Part shown: positions 18,548 through 27,789 of the stretch, one piece after another
Layout of the letters: each line of letters starts with the position of its first letter
How positions within the stretch are numbered: position 1 is the stretch's first letter
Source of the DNA: Aneurinibacillus sp.
GTDB taxonomy: Bacteria > Bacillota > UBA5301 > DYFA01
NCBI GenBank assembly: GCA_020725425.1
Contig: DYFA01000045.1
Location: 70,924-134,923, forward strand
Reading direction: 5' to 3'
Length of the DNA: 64,000 bases
The notes under the pieces: generated by a model
Seen by the model: only the letters and a program-made list of their open reading frames with translations
Told to the model about the DNA's origin: nothing
Databases searched by the model: none
Made by a program: the position numbers and the translations under genes

Positions 18548-20299
18548 TCAGGCGGGATCCGCCGGCGGAACGATCGGCGCGCAGGGGATGCGCACCCGCT
18601 GGCCGGGGTAGATCAGGTCGGGGTTGGGGATCTGCGGGTTGGCCCGGATGATGGCCTCCAGCGGTACTCCGTACCGGCGGGAGAGCTTCCAGAGGGTGTC
18701 CCCGGGCTGGACGACCACCAGGCGCAGGGTGGTGCCGGGTGGGCAGGGAGCCACCATGATGCACTCCACCACGACCTCCACCTGGACGACCCGCATCGCC
18801 CGGACGTGGAGTTTAAGGACCACGTCCACCTGGATCGTCTCGGGGTCGACCAGGCGGCAGGCGACGGTATGGAGGGAAACGTGGGCGCAGGCCGACATGC
18901 CCGGGCTGACCCCCGGTATCTCCACCGCCTGCGAGAGGCGCAAGGCCCGGGGGAACTCGGCGTGGTGGATCATACAGTCGGGATCGGCCGCCTGGTACAG
19001 CAGGTCGAGCGACAGGTCGCCCTCGACCAGCACCCGGCCGTCCTCCACCGCCACCTGGTCGGGGATGAAGACCGCGCCGGTCCAGAGGACACAGCCCACC
19101 GGCGGCTTGGTCGGCGGCAGGGAGAGCACCCCACCCAGGGTCAGCTCGCGATGGCCTTCCGGCAGGTGATGGGGGAAACGCACCGTTCTCCGGATCACGT
19201 CCAGCGGGCCCCCGCTCTCAGCGACGACGTCGGTGACGAGTGGGAGATCCATAGCCTGACGGGCCGCCACCCGCAGCCGACCGTCGACCGTCACGGCGCA
19301 ACACCGGTCAGTCTCCCGCAGGCCGAAGCAGTCTTCGAGTTCCCAATCGGCCAGGAGCATCATCCCGGGGCGGGCGCCGGGGAGATCGAAGGCGGTGGAG
19401 AAGCGGTGGGCGTCAGGCCAGGAGAAGGCCCGCACCGGGGATTGCGGATCGCCGGTGAGGTAGACGGCGTCGACGTCGAACACGCCCTCGACGAAACACT
19501 TTCCCTCACCGGTCCGGCCCATGACGTGGTGGCAGCGGGGCACCACCCATAGCACTTCCCCGAGCGGCGGCTCCTCCCCCGGGACCGCCAGGTTCATCTC
19601 CAGCCGGAGGGGGCTTTCGGCCTCCGCCACCAGGTGCTCGACGTGGGTCACCTCCCGGACGAAGCGCACCCGGTCCGGGGGAAGGGCGGTCCCCTCGACC
19701 GCCGCCCGGACCTCCTGATCCTCGCAGACCCGGGCGACCGCCACCAGGGCCACGTCGCACCCGAGGCGCCGCCGGTTGACCAGGCTGGCGTTCACCGACT
19801 CGATCGTCACCATGGCGCGGGCAGTGAACCCCGGCGAGACGCCGGACATCTCCACCGCCACCTCGAAGGAGCAGACCTCTTTGAACTGGACCAGGACCAG
19901 CCGGGGGGGTTCATGGTCGTGATCGTGGTCGTCGTCGTGGTCGTCGTCATGGTCATGGTGGCCCTGGTCGTCGTACTCGTCCCGGCCGTGACGGTGGTCA
20001 CGGCGGTCGTGGCGGCGGTCGCGGCGGTCCTCGTGGCGCGGCCGGGACGGTTTCGCCGCCTCATAGAGCAGGCGCAGGTCGACCGCGCCCCGCACCATCA
20101 CCCGTCCTTCGCCGCAGACGGCGTCGACATGGCGTGGGACGGCGTGCGCCACGATCACTCGGTCCACGTCCGGGTACTCGCCCGTGAGATCCAAGGTGTC
20201 CTGCAAGATGGCGCTGGCCTTCCCCTCGCCCAGGCAATCCCGCACCCGCAGGAAGCGGTTCTGCACGGTGATGCTCATGTGCACTCCCCCCGTCTGCAA
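18548..20299 (-). CDS. C-terminal LysM protein with duplicated internal domains and a His/Asp/Arg-rich tract; SipL/SpoVID-like spore-coat morphogenetic candidate
   Basis: C-terminal LysM 'VVQPGDTLWKLSRRYGVPLEAIIRANPQIPNPDLIYPGQRVRIP'. Repeated modules 'GRVMVRGAVDLRLLYEA' / 'GRVLVEGDLSLDLLYQA'. Low-complexity 'HEDRRDRRHDRRDHRHGRDEYDDQGHHDHDDDHDDDHDHDHE'. Confidence 0.55.
   Translation of the reverse strand: MQTGGVHMSITVQNRFLRVRDCLGEGKASAILQDTLDLTGEYPDVDRVIVAHAVPRHVDAVCGEGRVMVRGAVDLRLLYEAAKPSRPRHEDRRDRRHDRRDHRHGRDEYDDQGHHDHDDDHDDDHDHDHEPPRLVLVQFKEVCSFEVAVEMSGVSPGFTARAMVTIESVNASLVNRRRLGCDVALVAVARVCEDQEVRAAVEGTALPPDRVRFVREVTHVEHLVAEAESPLRLEMNLAVPGEEPPLGEVLWVVPRCHHVMGRTGEGKCFVEGVFDVDAVYLTGDPQSPVRAFSWPDAHRFSTAFDLPGARPGMMLLADWELEDCFGLRETDRCCAVTVDGRLRVAARQAMDLPLVTDVVAESGGPLDVIRRTVRFPHHLPEGHRELTLGGVLSLPPTKPPVGCVLWTGAVFIPDQVAVEDGRVLVEGDLSLDLLYQAADPDCMIHHAEFPRALRLSQAVEIPGVSPGMSACAHVSLHTVACRLVDPETIQVDVVLKLHVRAMRVVQVEVVVECIMVAPCPPGTTLRLVVVQPGDTLWKLSRRYGVPLEAIIRANPQIPNPDLIYPGQRVRIPCAPIVPPADPA
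19900..20050. repeat. Imperfect trinucleotide (GTC/GTG/GAC) repeat tract encoding the His/Asp-rich segment
   Basis: 'gtcgtcgtcgtggtcgtcgtcatggtcatggtg...gtcgtggcggcggtcgcggcggtc' simple repeats. Confidence 0.5.
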
Positions 20300-20328
20300 G
20301 CTGAAGCGCGCTACACGCTACAAAATGA

Positions 20329-21492
20329 CTATGCTCTCAGCTCCCGAATATTCCGGCGGCCGGTCGCCCAGGCCTGGGAGACCTGCACGGCGAACAGGTC
20401 GGCCATCGCCCGGAAGACATCCTCCTGCCCGGCAGCCAGATCCCACAGAACCACCCCGCTCAGGGTCAGGCGGGTGACAAGGCTGAGCCTGGCCGAGAAG
20501 CCCGCCCGGGAACCGGTGGCGGAAAGACCCAGGAAGAGGCGGTAACAGGGATGGCGGCGGAGGAGGCGCCGGACAGGGGCGTAGTCCTCCTCCGAGGACT
20601 GGGACGGCAACCGCACCACCAGGCGGTCCACCTCCGCCAGATCCGCCACTCTCTGGAGTTCTTGGGCGACTTCCAGATAGAGCTGGGTCGAGGGCGGGAG
20701 GGCCCGGTGGAGAGCGGAGGTCAGCGTAGCCGCCGCGTACCGCTCTCCCGGGGCCAGCGGGTCGAAGAGGAGGTAGAGGCCGGGCAGGCGGTAGCGGGAG
20801 GCGACGCGGGCGATCTCCCCCACCGCCTGCCGGCGCCGGCGCCCGGTGGGAACGAGGCCGTCAGGGGCGGCCACCCTGACCTGGGCCACCAGCGGCAGGG
20901 AGAAGTCCTGCGCCAGTTCCCACACGGCGGCGTCCACCTTGCCTCCCGCCGTGCCGTCAGGCGCGACGCTCAACCAGGGCGCTACCAGGGCCGTAACCTG
21001 CTTCCGGTGGCGGCTCAGGGCGCGCCGGAGACGCTCCAGGCTCTGCGGCTCGCTCTCCTCAACCATCCCCAGGACCGGACGGACGGGGATGACCAGCCGG
21101 GTGCCGGGAGCCAGGTCCCGGCTCCCGGCGTCCCGGGCTAAGCGCCGCAGGAACGCCGGACTGACCCCGTACCGTTCCGCCAGGTCGTACAGGTCGTCGC
21201 CCGGCGACAGGGAGTGAACGAGGCGGAGGCCCGAGGGCAGGCCGGCCCCCAGGAGCTGCGCCACCTGCCGGCCGGCGACGCCGTCCCGGCGCAGGTGGTA
21301 ATCGGCTTGGAGCTGGTAGACCGCCTCCTCGGTGAGCAGGCCGAACTCCCCGTCGATCGGTCCCGGGTCGTACCCGAGCGCCAACAGCTTCTCCTGAAGC
21401 CGTGCCACGGCCGCCCCGCGGCTTCCGCGCCGCAGGGGCGCCCCCGACCACTCCGGCACACCAAAACCCCCCGTCGATGGTGGTGAAGGCAC
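20329..21492 (-). CDS. Peptidoglycan-binding (PG_binding_1) + LysM-like protein, possible inactive GH18/YaaH-like C-terminus
   Basis: N-terminus 'AAVARLQEKLLALGYDPGPIDGEFGLLTEEAVYQLQ' is a PG-binding domain. It is followed by a LysM-like 'YDLAERYGVSPAFLRRLA...GTRLVIPV'. Confidence 0.5.
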   Translation of the reverse strand: MPSPPSTGGFGVPEWSGAPLRRGSRGAAVARLQEKLLALGYDPGPIDGEFGLLTEEAVYQLQADYHLRRDGVAGRQVAQLLGAGLPSGLRLVHSLSPGDDLYDLAERYGVSPAFLRRLARDAGSRDLAPGTRLVIPVRPVLGMVEESEPQSLERLRRALSRHRKQVTALVAPWLSVAPDGTAGGKVDAAVWELAQDFSLPLVAQVRVAAPDGLVPTGRRRRQAVGEIARVASRYRLPGLYLLFDPLAPGERYAAATLTSALHRALPPSTQLYLEVAQELQRVADLAEVDRLVVRLPSQSSEEDYAPVRRLLRRHPCYRLFLGLSATGSRAGFSARLSLVTRLTLSGVVLWDLAAGQEDVFRAMADLFAVQVSQAWATGRRNIRELRA

Positions 21493-21536
21493 ACCATCAT
21501 ACGGGGGGTTTCCTCAATTGCAACTCGTCCCGCGAG

Positions 21537-23663
21537 CTACGCCGGGCGGTCAGCCGGTTGAGCCGCCGGTTCGGCCAGGACGTGGGCCAGCGCCTCGTCC
21601 ACCGTCTCCACCGGGACCACCTCGATACCCCGCAGGTTGGGCGGCACGTCCTTCCGGTTCTCCGCCGGGATGATGACCTTGCGGACGCCCGCCTGCTTGG
21701 CCCCGTAGATCTTCTCGTAGATCCCGCCCACCGCCCGCACCCGGCCCTGGATCGACAGTTCGCCGGTGACTGCCACGTCCTGGCGCACCGGTCGGCCTTC
21801 GACCGCCGAGTAGACCACAAGCAGCACTGCCGTCCCGGCCGACGGCCCGTCGATCCGCCCGCCGCCCACCACGTTGACGTGGACGTCGTACTCGGAGAGC
21901 TCCTTCCCGGTCAGCCGGCGGAAGACGGAGGCGGCGTTGAAGACCGAGTCCTTGGCCATCGAGCCCGCGGTCTCGTTGAACCGGAGCAGGCCCTTGCCCG
22001 GCTCGCGGGCCGGGAAGGCCACCGCCTCGAGCTCGATCACCGAGCCGAGGAAGCCGCTCACCCCCAGGCCGAAGACCTTGCCCACCTCCGCCGACTCGGA
22101 CGCCCGCACCGTGATGTTCGGGGTCAGCCGGCTGGACTGATAGACCTCGCGGATGTCCTCGCAGGTCACGACCACCCGGAGAAACTCCGCCGCGGCGGCG
22201 ATCTCCCGGGCCGCCCGGAGGATGGCCTCCCGGATCTGGCCCGGCCCGGCGCCCGGCGGCGCCGCGACCTCGGCCTGCCCAAGCTGGACGGTTGACGCCT
22301 TTTCCTCCCAGCGCTCCGGATGAGCCGCCACTTCCCGGTAGAGGGCGACCCCGTAGGCGTCGGCCAGGATCTGCGTCGCCTTGCGCCCCTCCATGGTGTA
22401 CTCGGCGATCAGCTCCGGCACCTCGTCCTCGAGGGTCACGTGGAGGCGGTCCGCCGCCTGCCGAATGATGCGGACGATGTCGTCCGGGGTGAGGGGCTCG
22501 AAGAAGATCTCGGCGCAGCGCGACCGCAGCGCCGGGCTGATCTCCGAAGGGTCACGGGTGGTGGCGCCGATCAGGATGAAGTCGGCTGGCGCCCCCTCTT
22601 CGAACAGCTTCTTCACGTACTTCGGCACGTTCGGGTCGGTCGGGTCGTAGTAGGCCGAGTCGAACGACACCCGCTTATCCTCGAGCACCTTGAGGAGCTT
22701 GTTCTGGAGCAACGGGTCCAACTCACCGATCTCGTCGATGAAGAGGATGCCGCCGTGAGCCTCGGTGACCAGGCCGAGCTTCGGTTCGGGTACTCCGCCC
22801 TCCGCCAGGTCGCGCCGGGCCCCCTGGTAGATGGGGTCGTGGACCGACCCGAGGAGCGGGTTGGTCACCTCCCGGGGATCCCACCGCAGGGTTGCGCCGT
22901 CCGTCTCGACGAACGGGGCGTTGGGGGCAAAGGGTGTGAAGGGCAGCCGCTTCGCCTCCTCCAGAGCCAACCGGGCCACGGTGGTCTTGCCGACGCCGGG
23001 CGGCCCGTAGAGGATCACGTGCTGCGGATAGGGCGAGGCGATCTTGGCGAAGAGGGCCTTGATCGCCCGCTCCTGGCCGACCACTTCGGAGACGTGGCGG
23101 GGCCGCAGCGCTTCGACGGCCGACCGCGAGAGGTGGCGCTTCTCCAACTCCTCGAGCTCGGACAGCTTCTTGAGCGTCTGGGGGTTCTCGGGGCCGGAGT
23201 CCTCCTTGAGGACCTGCATCTTGATCTCCTTGACGTAGTCCTCGTGGCGCTGCTGCATCCGCTCGGCGATCTTCTTCTCGATCTTGTCCTCCACGGTCTT
23301 CCGCGCCAAGAGGTCGGCGATCTCATCCTCCACCTGGTTCAGGACAGCCGGGATCTCCTCTGCCGGCGGCAGTTCGTCTATAGTCGGATCCTCGTATACC
23401 AGCCGTTCCAGCGCCAGGACCCGCTCCCGCAAGTCCGGAGAGCGCATGAGGTGCAGCGCCTCCAGTTTCCCCGCTTTCAGGATCAGCTTGTCCGACCCGT
23501 ACAGGCTCGAGAGCAGCCCGAAGAGGGCGGCCACCTGCCGCTTCTGTTGCTCCTCCTCGCTCCACCGCTCTCCCTCAGGTAGGTTCTTGCCCTCCAGGAT
23601 CCTGCGGATGAACCCCTTCACGTAGTTGCTCCTTTCACGAACCGCCTTGGGGTAACGGCGCAC
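21537..23663 (-). CDS. lon: Lon-family ATP-dependent protease (sporulation-type LonB/LonC-like)
   Basis: AAA+ Walker A 'GPPGVGKTT'. Lon proteolytic domain with the catalytic Ser motif 'DGPSAG', followed by the Lys-containing region. Confidence 0.85.
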   Translation of the reverse strand: MRRYPKAVRERSNYVKGFIRRILEGKNLPEGERWSEEEQQKRQVAALFGLLSSLYGSDKLILKAGKLEALHLMRSPDLRERVLALERLVYEDPTIDELPPAEEIPAVLNQVEDEIADLLARKTVEDKIEKKIAERMQQRHEDYVKEIKMQVLKEDSGPENPQTLKKLSELEELEKRHLSRSAVEALRPRHVSEVVGQERAIKALFAKIASPYPQHVILYGPPGVGKTTVARLALEEAKRLPFTPFAPNAPFVETDGATLRWDPREVTNPLLGSVHDPIYQGARRDLAEGGVPEPKLGLVTEAHGGILFIDEIGELDPLLQNKLLKVLEDKRVSFDSAYYDPTDPNVPKYVKKLFEEGAPADFILIGATTRDPSEISPALRSRCAEIFFEPLTPDDIVRIIRQAADRLHVTLEDEVPELIAEYTMEGRKATQILADAYGVALYREVAAHPERWEEKASTVQLGQAEVAAPPGAGPGQIREAILRAAREIAAAAEFLRVVVTCEDIREVYQSSRLTPNITVRASESAEVGKVFGLGVSGFLGSVIELEAVAFPAREPGKGLLRFNETAGSMAKDSVFNAASVFRRLTGKELSEYDVHVNVVGGGRIDGPSAGTAVLLVVYSAVEGRPVRQDVAVTGELSIQGRVRAVGGIYEKIYGAKQAGVRKVIIPAENRKDVPPNLRGIEVVPVETVDEALAHVLAEPAAQPADRPA

Positions 23664-23688
23664 CGGGGCAGGCCCGCCGAACCGGCGG

Positions 23689-24132
23689 TCAGCCGGGAAT
23701 CACTCTTACCGCCAGCTCCGAGTGGACCTTGGGATGCAGCTTGACCGGAATCCGGTACGTCCCCAGCTGTTTGATGGGTTCCTCCACCTCGAGCTTCCGC
23801 TTGTCGAGCGTCACGCCCTGCCTGGCCAGTGCCTCGGCGACGTCCTTGGCGGTGACGGAGCCGAAGAGACGCCCCCCTTCGCCCATTCTGGCCGGGATGA
23901 CCACTTCCAGCCTGGACAGCCGCTCAGCCAGCGCCCGGGCCTCTACCTCCTGGCGGGCCTTCTTCGCCTCAGTCGCCTTCTGTTCCATGGCCAGCGCCTT
24001 GAGCGCCCCCTCTGAGGCGACGGTCGCCAGGTCCCGGGGAATCAGGTAGTTGCGGGCGTACCCCTCCGCCACCTCAACCGTCGCGCCCCGCTTGCCCAGG
24101 CTCGGCACGTCCTTCTTCAGGATGACCTTCAT
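23689..24132 (-). CDS. rplI: 50S ribosomal protein L9
   Basis: 'MKVILKKDVPSLGKRGATVEVAEGYARNYLIPR'. The start overlaps the upstream stop. The ORF N-extension is spurious. Confidence 0.9.
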   Translation of the reverse strand: MKVILKKDVPSLGKRGATVEVAEGYARNYLIPRDLATVASEGALKALAMEQKATEAKKARQEVEARALAERLSRLEVVIPARMGEGGRLFGSVTAKDVAEALARQGVTLDKRKLEVEEPIKQLGTYRIPVKLHPKVHSELAVRVIPG

Positions 24133-25145
24133 ATCTCGCCCTCCCGTGGCTCTCGGTAGTCCAGAAAGATGTCCAGGAAGCCGATGGCCACCACGACCCA
24201 GAACGTCACCGCGCCGAACGCCCACAGGGCAAAGAGCGCGATGACCCACCGGGTCAACCTGTCCACCTTCCACCTGTCGAAATAGTACCAGGCCACCGCC
24301 AGCCCTTCAATGAGAAATGCATACAGGCATAGATTAAACAGGTTGTCGAAGACCGCTTTCGCCCCTGTCAGGTGCCAGGCGGCGTCGGCATACCCGGCGG
24401 CGTAGGCCGCCAGCCCGGCCCAGCCGACCCATTCGGGCAGCCGCCACAGGCGGAAGGGCGGGAAGGCCGGCAGCTCGCCCAGCTTCAGCCGGCGGAAGGT
24501 CAGGCGGATGATCCCGTAGTTGAGCGCGCCAGCCAGAAAGGCCGCGGTCACCACGGCCGCCGGCCACATGTGCGGCGCCTGCCGGGCAGCCTCCTGGAAC
24601 CCCTGCTCCCAGGCCTTGAGCTGCTGCAGGGTGGCGGGGTTGGGGGCCTTCTGGACGGAGTCCCTCATCACCTTGAGGACTTGATCCATGAACGTCCGCT
24701 GGAACTTGAGCGCCTCCTGCCATAGGTTGATCCCCAAGAACCAGAGCGAGAAGAAGAACTGCCCGACAAGGGTTACGAGGCCTGCGCCTGACGCCAGGAG
24801 CACCGTCTGAATGGCGGGATACCCCCGCCGCACCCCATAGGCGATCACCAGGCCGGCCGCCGCGGCCGCAATCACTTCGCCGACCGCCACCGGCGATCCC
24901 GACAGGAGGAAGGTCAGCGCCACCGCCACCGCCGCTGAGGCCGCCGCCCGGCGCAGCCCGTAGCGATACCCGACGATGGTCAACGGAATCGGAATGGCCA
25001 GGTGGAGGATGGCCAACCACGGCAGGAGCCCGGCCACGGCAAAAAGCGAAGCGAGCGCCGCGAAGAGCGCCCCCTCGACCAGCGACCGTGCGCCGGTCCG
25101 TCCCTCCGGCTGGCCCGGCTGCTTCATCCCCAACGCCTCGTTCAT
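24129..25145 (-). CDS. DUF2232 (YybS-like) polytopic membrane protein
   Basis: Multi-TM protein lying between rpsR and rplI, as yybS does in Firmicutes. The likely start is 'MNEALGMKQ'. Confidence 0.65.
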   Translation of the reverse strand: MNEALGMKQPGQPEGRTGARSLVEGALFAALASLFAVAGLLPWLAILHLAIPIPLTIVGYRYGLRRAAASAAVAVALTFLLSGSPVAVGEVIAAAAAGLVIAYGVRRGYPAIQTVLLASGAGLVTLVGQFFFSLWFLGINLWQEALKFQRTFMDQVLKVMRDSVQKAPNPATLQQLKAWEQGFQEAARQAPHMWPAAVVTAAFLAGALNYGIIRLTFRRLKLGELPAFPPFRLWRLPEWVGWAGLAAYAAGYADAAWHLTGAKAVFDNLFNLCLYAFLIEGLAVAWYYFDRWKVDRLTRWVIALFALWAFGAVTFWVVVAIGFLDIFLDYREPREGEI

Positions 25146-25456
25146 GACCCCGCCCGCTCTTCCAGATACCGGCGGAAGGAAGAGAAGTCGCCGTACCACT
25201 GCTCGATCTCGTGGCTCTTCGTGATGTTCGCCGACACCTTGTTTTCGATCTTCACGTCCAGGCGGGAGAAGGGAATTCCCAGCCGCTTGCCCAGGAGGTA
25301 GCACGCCACCACCACGTTGGCCAGGGCGTCCAGGATGGCGTCCTCGCTGTTTTTGAGCAGCGCCTTGAAGAGGGCCGACACGCCGCCGACCAGTTCGGCC
25401 TTGAGCCATTCGATGGTCCGCACGTTGCGGGCGATGTCCAACTCTGGCTTCGCCAT
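25142..25456 (-). CDS. Small conserved protein, possibly MazG-like nucleotide pyrophosphohydrolase family
   Basis: 104 aa, all-helical ('...EWLKAELVGGVSALFKAL...DALANVVVACYLLGKRLGI...'). Its start and stop overlap the neighbouring genes. Confidence 0.4.
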   Translation of the reverse strand: MAKPELDIARNVRTIEWLKAELVGGVSALFKALLKNSEDAILDALANVVVACYLLGKRLGIPFSRLDVKIENKVSANITKSHEIEQWYGDFSSFRRYLEERAGS

Positions 25457-25642
25457 GCCGTTCGTTGGCCTCCTTTGGCCTTCCCTGCCGAAGTCTCTAC
25501 TTACTTCGTGGGCGGCGAAACCTTATCCTGCCCCCCGGGAACGCAACTCCTCCCAGGAGTGGAAAGCGGCGGACCGCCCATCGGGCAGTCCGCCGCCGTC
25601 CGTCAAAGTTCGCCGGACAGAGCTGGTGCCGGAACTTCCAGC

Positions 25643-25873
25643 TTACTCCACGGTGTAGGGTAGCAGCGCCACCTGCCGGGCGCGCTTGACGGCGATAGTG
25701 ACCTGCCGCTGGTGCTTGGCGCAGTTGCCGGAGATCCGCCGGGGCAGGATCTTGCCCCGCTCCGTCAGGTACCGGCGCAGGCGGTTGGTGTCCTTGAAGT
25801 CCACGCCTACTATCTTGTCGACGCAAAACTGGCAAACCTTCCGCTTGCCCTTGCGCCCGCGCTCACGAGCCAC
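25643..25873 (-). CDS. rpsR: 30S ribosomal protein S18
   Basis: '[56 protein letters not shown]'. Confidence 0.95.
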   Translation of the reverse strand: MARERGRKGKRKVCQFCVDKIVGVDFKDTNRLRRYLTERGKILPRRISGNCAKHQRQVTIAVKRARQVALLPYTVE

Positions 25874-25901
25874 GCTTCTTCCTCCTTTGCGAGTCTCAAG
25901 G

Positions 25902-26321
25902 TTAGAACGGGACGTCGTCGTCCACGTCGATGTCCGCGAGGTCCTCCGGGGCGCTGCCCGGGGGCTGTGTCCGGCCGGCTCCCGCCGACCGCTCGCCCTC
26001 CTTCGGCCAGTCGAGGAACTGCACGTTCTCCGCCACGACCTCGGCGGCCTTGCGCTTCGTCCCGTCCTGGGCGTCGTAGGAGCGGATCTGGAGCCGGCCC
26101 TCGACCGCCACCATCCGGCCCTTGCCGAGGTGGTTGGCGCACAGCTCCCCGAGTTTCTCCCAGACGACGATGTCGATGAAGTCGGTCTCCCGCTCCGCCT
26201 GCCCGCCGCGGGGCCGGCGATCCACCGCCAGGGTGAAGCGGGTCACGGCCTTGCCGCTCTGCGTGTACCGGAGGGCGGGATCGGCCGTCAGCCTACCGAT
26301 GAGAATGATCCGGTTGAGCAC
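25902..26321 (-). CDS. ssb: Single-stranded DNA-binding protein
   Basis: GTG start preceded by GGGAGGGAGG. OB fold '[32 protein letters not shown]'. Acidic tail '[10 protein letters not shown]'. Confidence 0.9.
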   Translation of the reverse strand: MLNRIILIGRLTADPALRYTQSGKAVTRFTLAVDRRPRGGQAERETDFIDIVVWEKLGELCANHLGKGRMVAVEGRLQIRSYDAQDGTKRKAAEVVAENVQFLDWPKEGERSAGAGRTQPPGSAPEDLADIDVDDDVPF

Positions 26322-26341
26322 TGGGCCTCCCTCCCTCGTGG

Positions 26342-26629
26342 TTACTCGTCCGTCCGGACAAGCAGGTGCCGGATGACTTCGTCGGTGATCTTGAGCACGC
26401 GCTCGAGCTCGGTCGCGGCGTTGCTCTCGCTCTGAAAGTCGATCACCACGTAGAAGCCTTCGGTGTGGCCGTCGATCTCGTAGGCCAGCTTTCGCTTGCC
26501 CCACTTGTCGGTCTTGACAATCTCCCCGCCGTTTCCGGTGATCAGCTCCTGGAACTTGGTGATGAGAGCTTCAAGCGGCTCTTCCTCCAGGTTGGGGTTT
26601 AGAACGACCACTACTTCGTACGGGCGCAC
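26342..26629 (-). CDS. rpsF: 30S ribosomal protein S6
   Basis: 'MRPYEVVVVLNPNLEEE...KTDKWGKRKLAYEI'. Confidence 0.95.
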   Translation of the reverse strand: MRPYEVVVVLNPNLEEEPLEALITKFQELITGNGGEIVKTDKWGKRKLAYEIDGHTEGFYVVIDFQSESNAATELERVLKITDEVIRHLLVRTDE

Positions 26630-26808
26630 CGCGCTTCACCTCCTCCCTTTGGACTTGCGGCCCCGCCGGGGGTGAACGGCGGAGCAGGGGGTTGGCCTGC
26701 GTGTGGCGCGCTGGGCGCCACGTACCAAGTTTGGTATGGTCGCAGGACTTTTTAATTATACCAGAGGGGGTTCCGGGCTACAAGCGATACTTGCCGCGAT
26801 GGACGATG

Positions 26809-27789
26809 CTAGGCCACCCGCTCGACGGAGACCTCATTCAGGAACCGCGCGACCTCCGACAAGTCCACTTCACCAGCGCAGGGCTGAAGGGCGGCGCTGG
26901 CGGCGGCCGCTGTGCCCAGGCGCAATGCTTCGAGCACCACGGATTCCGCTGCCTCCCTCACGAGGTCCTGGGGGGACCGGTCGAACACCACGGCACACCC
27001 GGCCACCAGGGCGTCGCCGCAACCGACGGTGTTCACGGGGGACAACCGTGGCGGGCGGACTGACCAGGCACCTTTCTCGGTGACCGCCACGAGACCGGCT
27101 GCTCCGAGGGAGACTACAACCAGGGAGAGGCCCCTTTCCACCCAGCGCCGGCTGACCCCGACAATTCGACGCACATCCTCGCCGGCCCCGTAATCTTGTT
27201 TTACCTCGAGGTCGCCCAGTTCTTCTTCGTTGGGCTTGATGAGGTACGGGCCGGCTTCGAGGCCTTTGGCCAAGGGAGCGCCACTGGTGTCGAGGATGGT
27301 CAGCGCCCCCGCTCCTTTAGCGGCTGTGACCAGGTCCCCGTAGAATCCCGCGGGAAGGCCCGACGGCAGGCTGCCGGAGAAGACGATCACCCGGCTCCGT
27401 TCCGCCAGGTGCTTGACCTTGTCCAGCATCAATCCGGCTTCGCGCGGAGAGATGTCCGGACTCGGCTCGCGCAGTTCCGTCTGGTTTCCGGCGGCCCGGT
27501 CCACCAGTACCAAGGTGGTACGGGATTCGCCGCCGACACGCACGAAGTCGGTAGCCAGGCCGAGCCTCGCCAGCTCCTCCTCGATCCAGCGACCGGCGTT
27601 CCCGCCGGTAAAACCGCTGGCCAGGGCTTCGGCTCCGAGGGTCTTGACCACCCGGGCGACGTTGATCCCCTTCCCACCGGGGCGGAGGAGCAGCGAGTCG
27701 ACGCGGTTGGCCCGCCCCACAGCAAAGCCGGAGACGAAGTAGGTCTTGTCGATTGCAGCGTTGAGCGTGACGGTGGTTATCATGTGCAC
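26809..27789 (-). CDS. PfkB-family 1-phosphofructokinase / tagatose-6-phosphate kinase
   Basis: 'MITTVTLNAAIDKTYFV' FruK/LacC-type N-terminus. PfkB signature 2 'DTVGCGDALVAG'. Confidence 0.8.
   Translation of the reverse strand: MHMITTVTLNAAIDKTYFVSGFAVGRANRVDSLLLRPGGKGINVARVVKTLGAEALASGFTGGNAGRWIEEELARLGLATDFVRVGGESRTTLVLVDRAAGNQTELREPSPDISPREAGLMLDKVKHLAERSRVIVFSGSLPSGLPAGFYGDLVTAAKGAGALTILDTSGAPLAKGLEAGPYLIKPNEEELGDLEVKQDYGAGEDVRRIVGVSRRWVERGLSLVVVSLGAAGLVAVTEKGAWSVRPPRLSPVNTVGCGDALVAGCAVVFDRSPQDLVREAAESVVLEALRLGTAAAASAALQPCAGEVDLSEVARFLNEVSVERVA

Noticed and set aside
22320-23582. 420-aa plus-strand ORF opposite lon
   Set aside because: Antisense artefact. Lon motifs are unambiguous on the minus strand.
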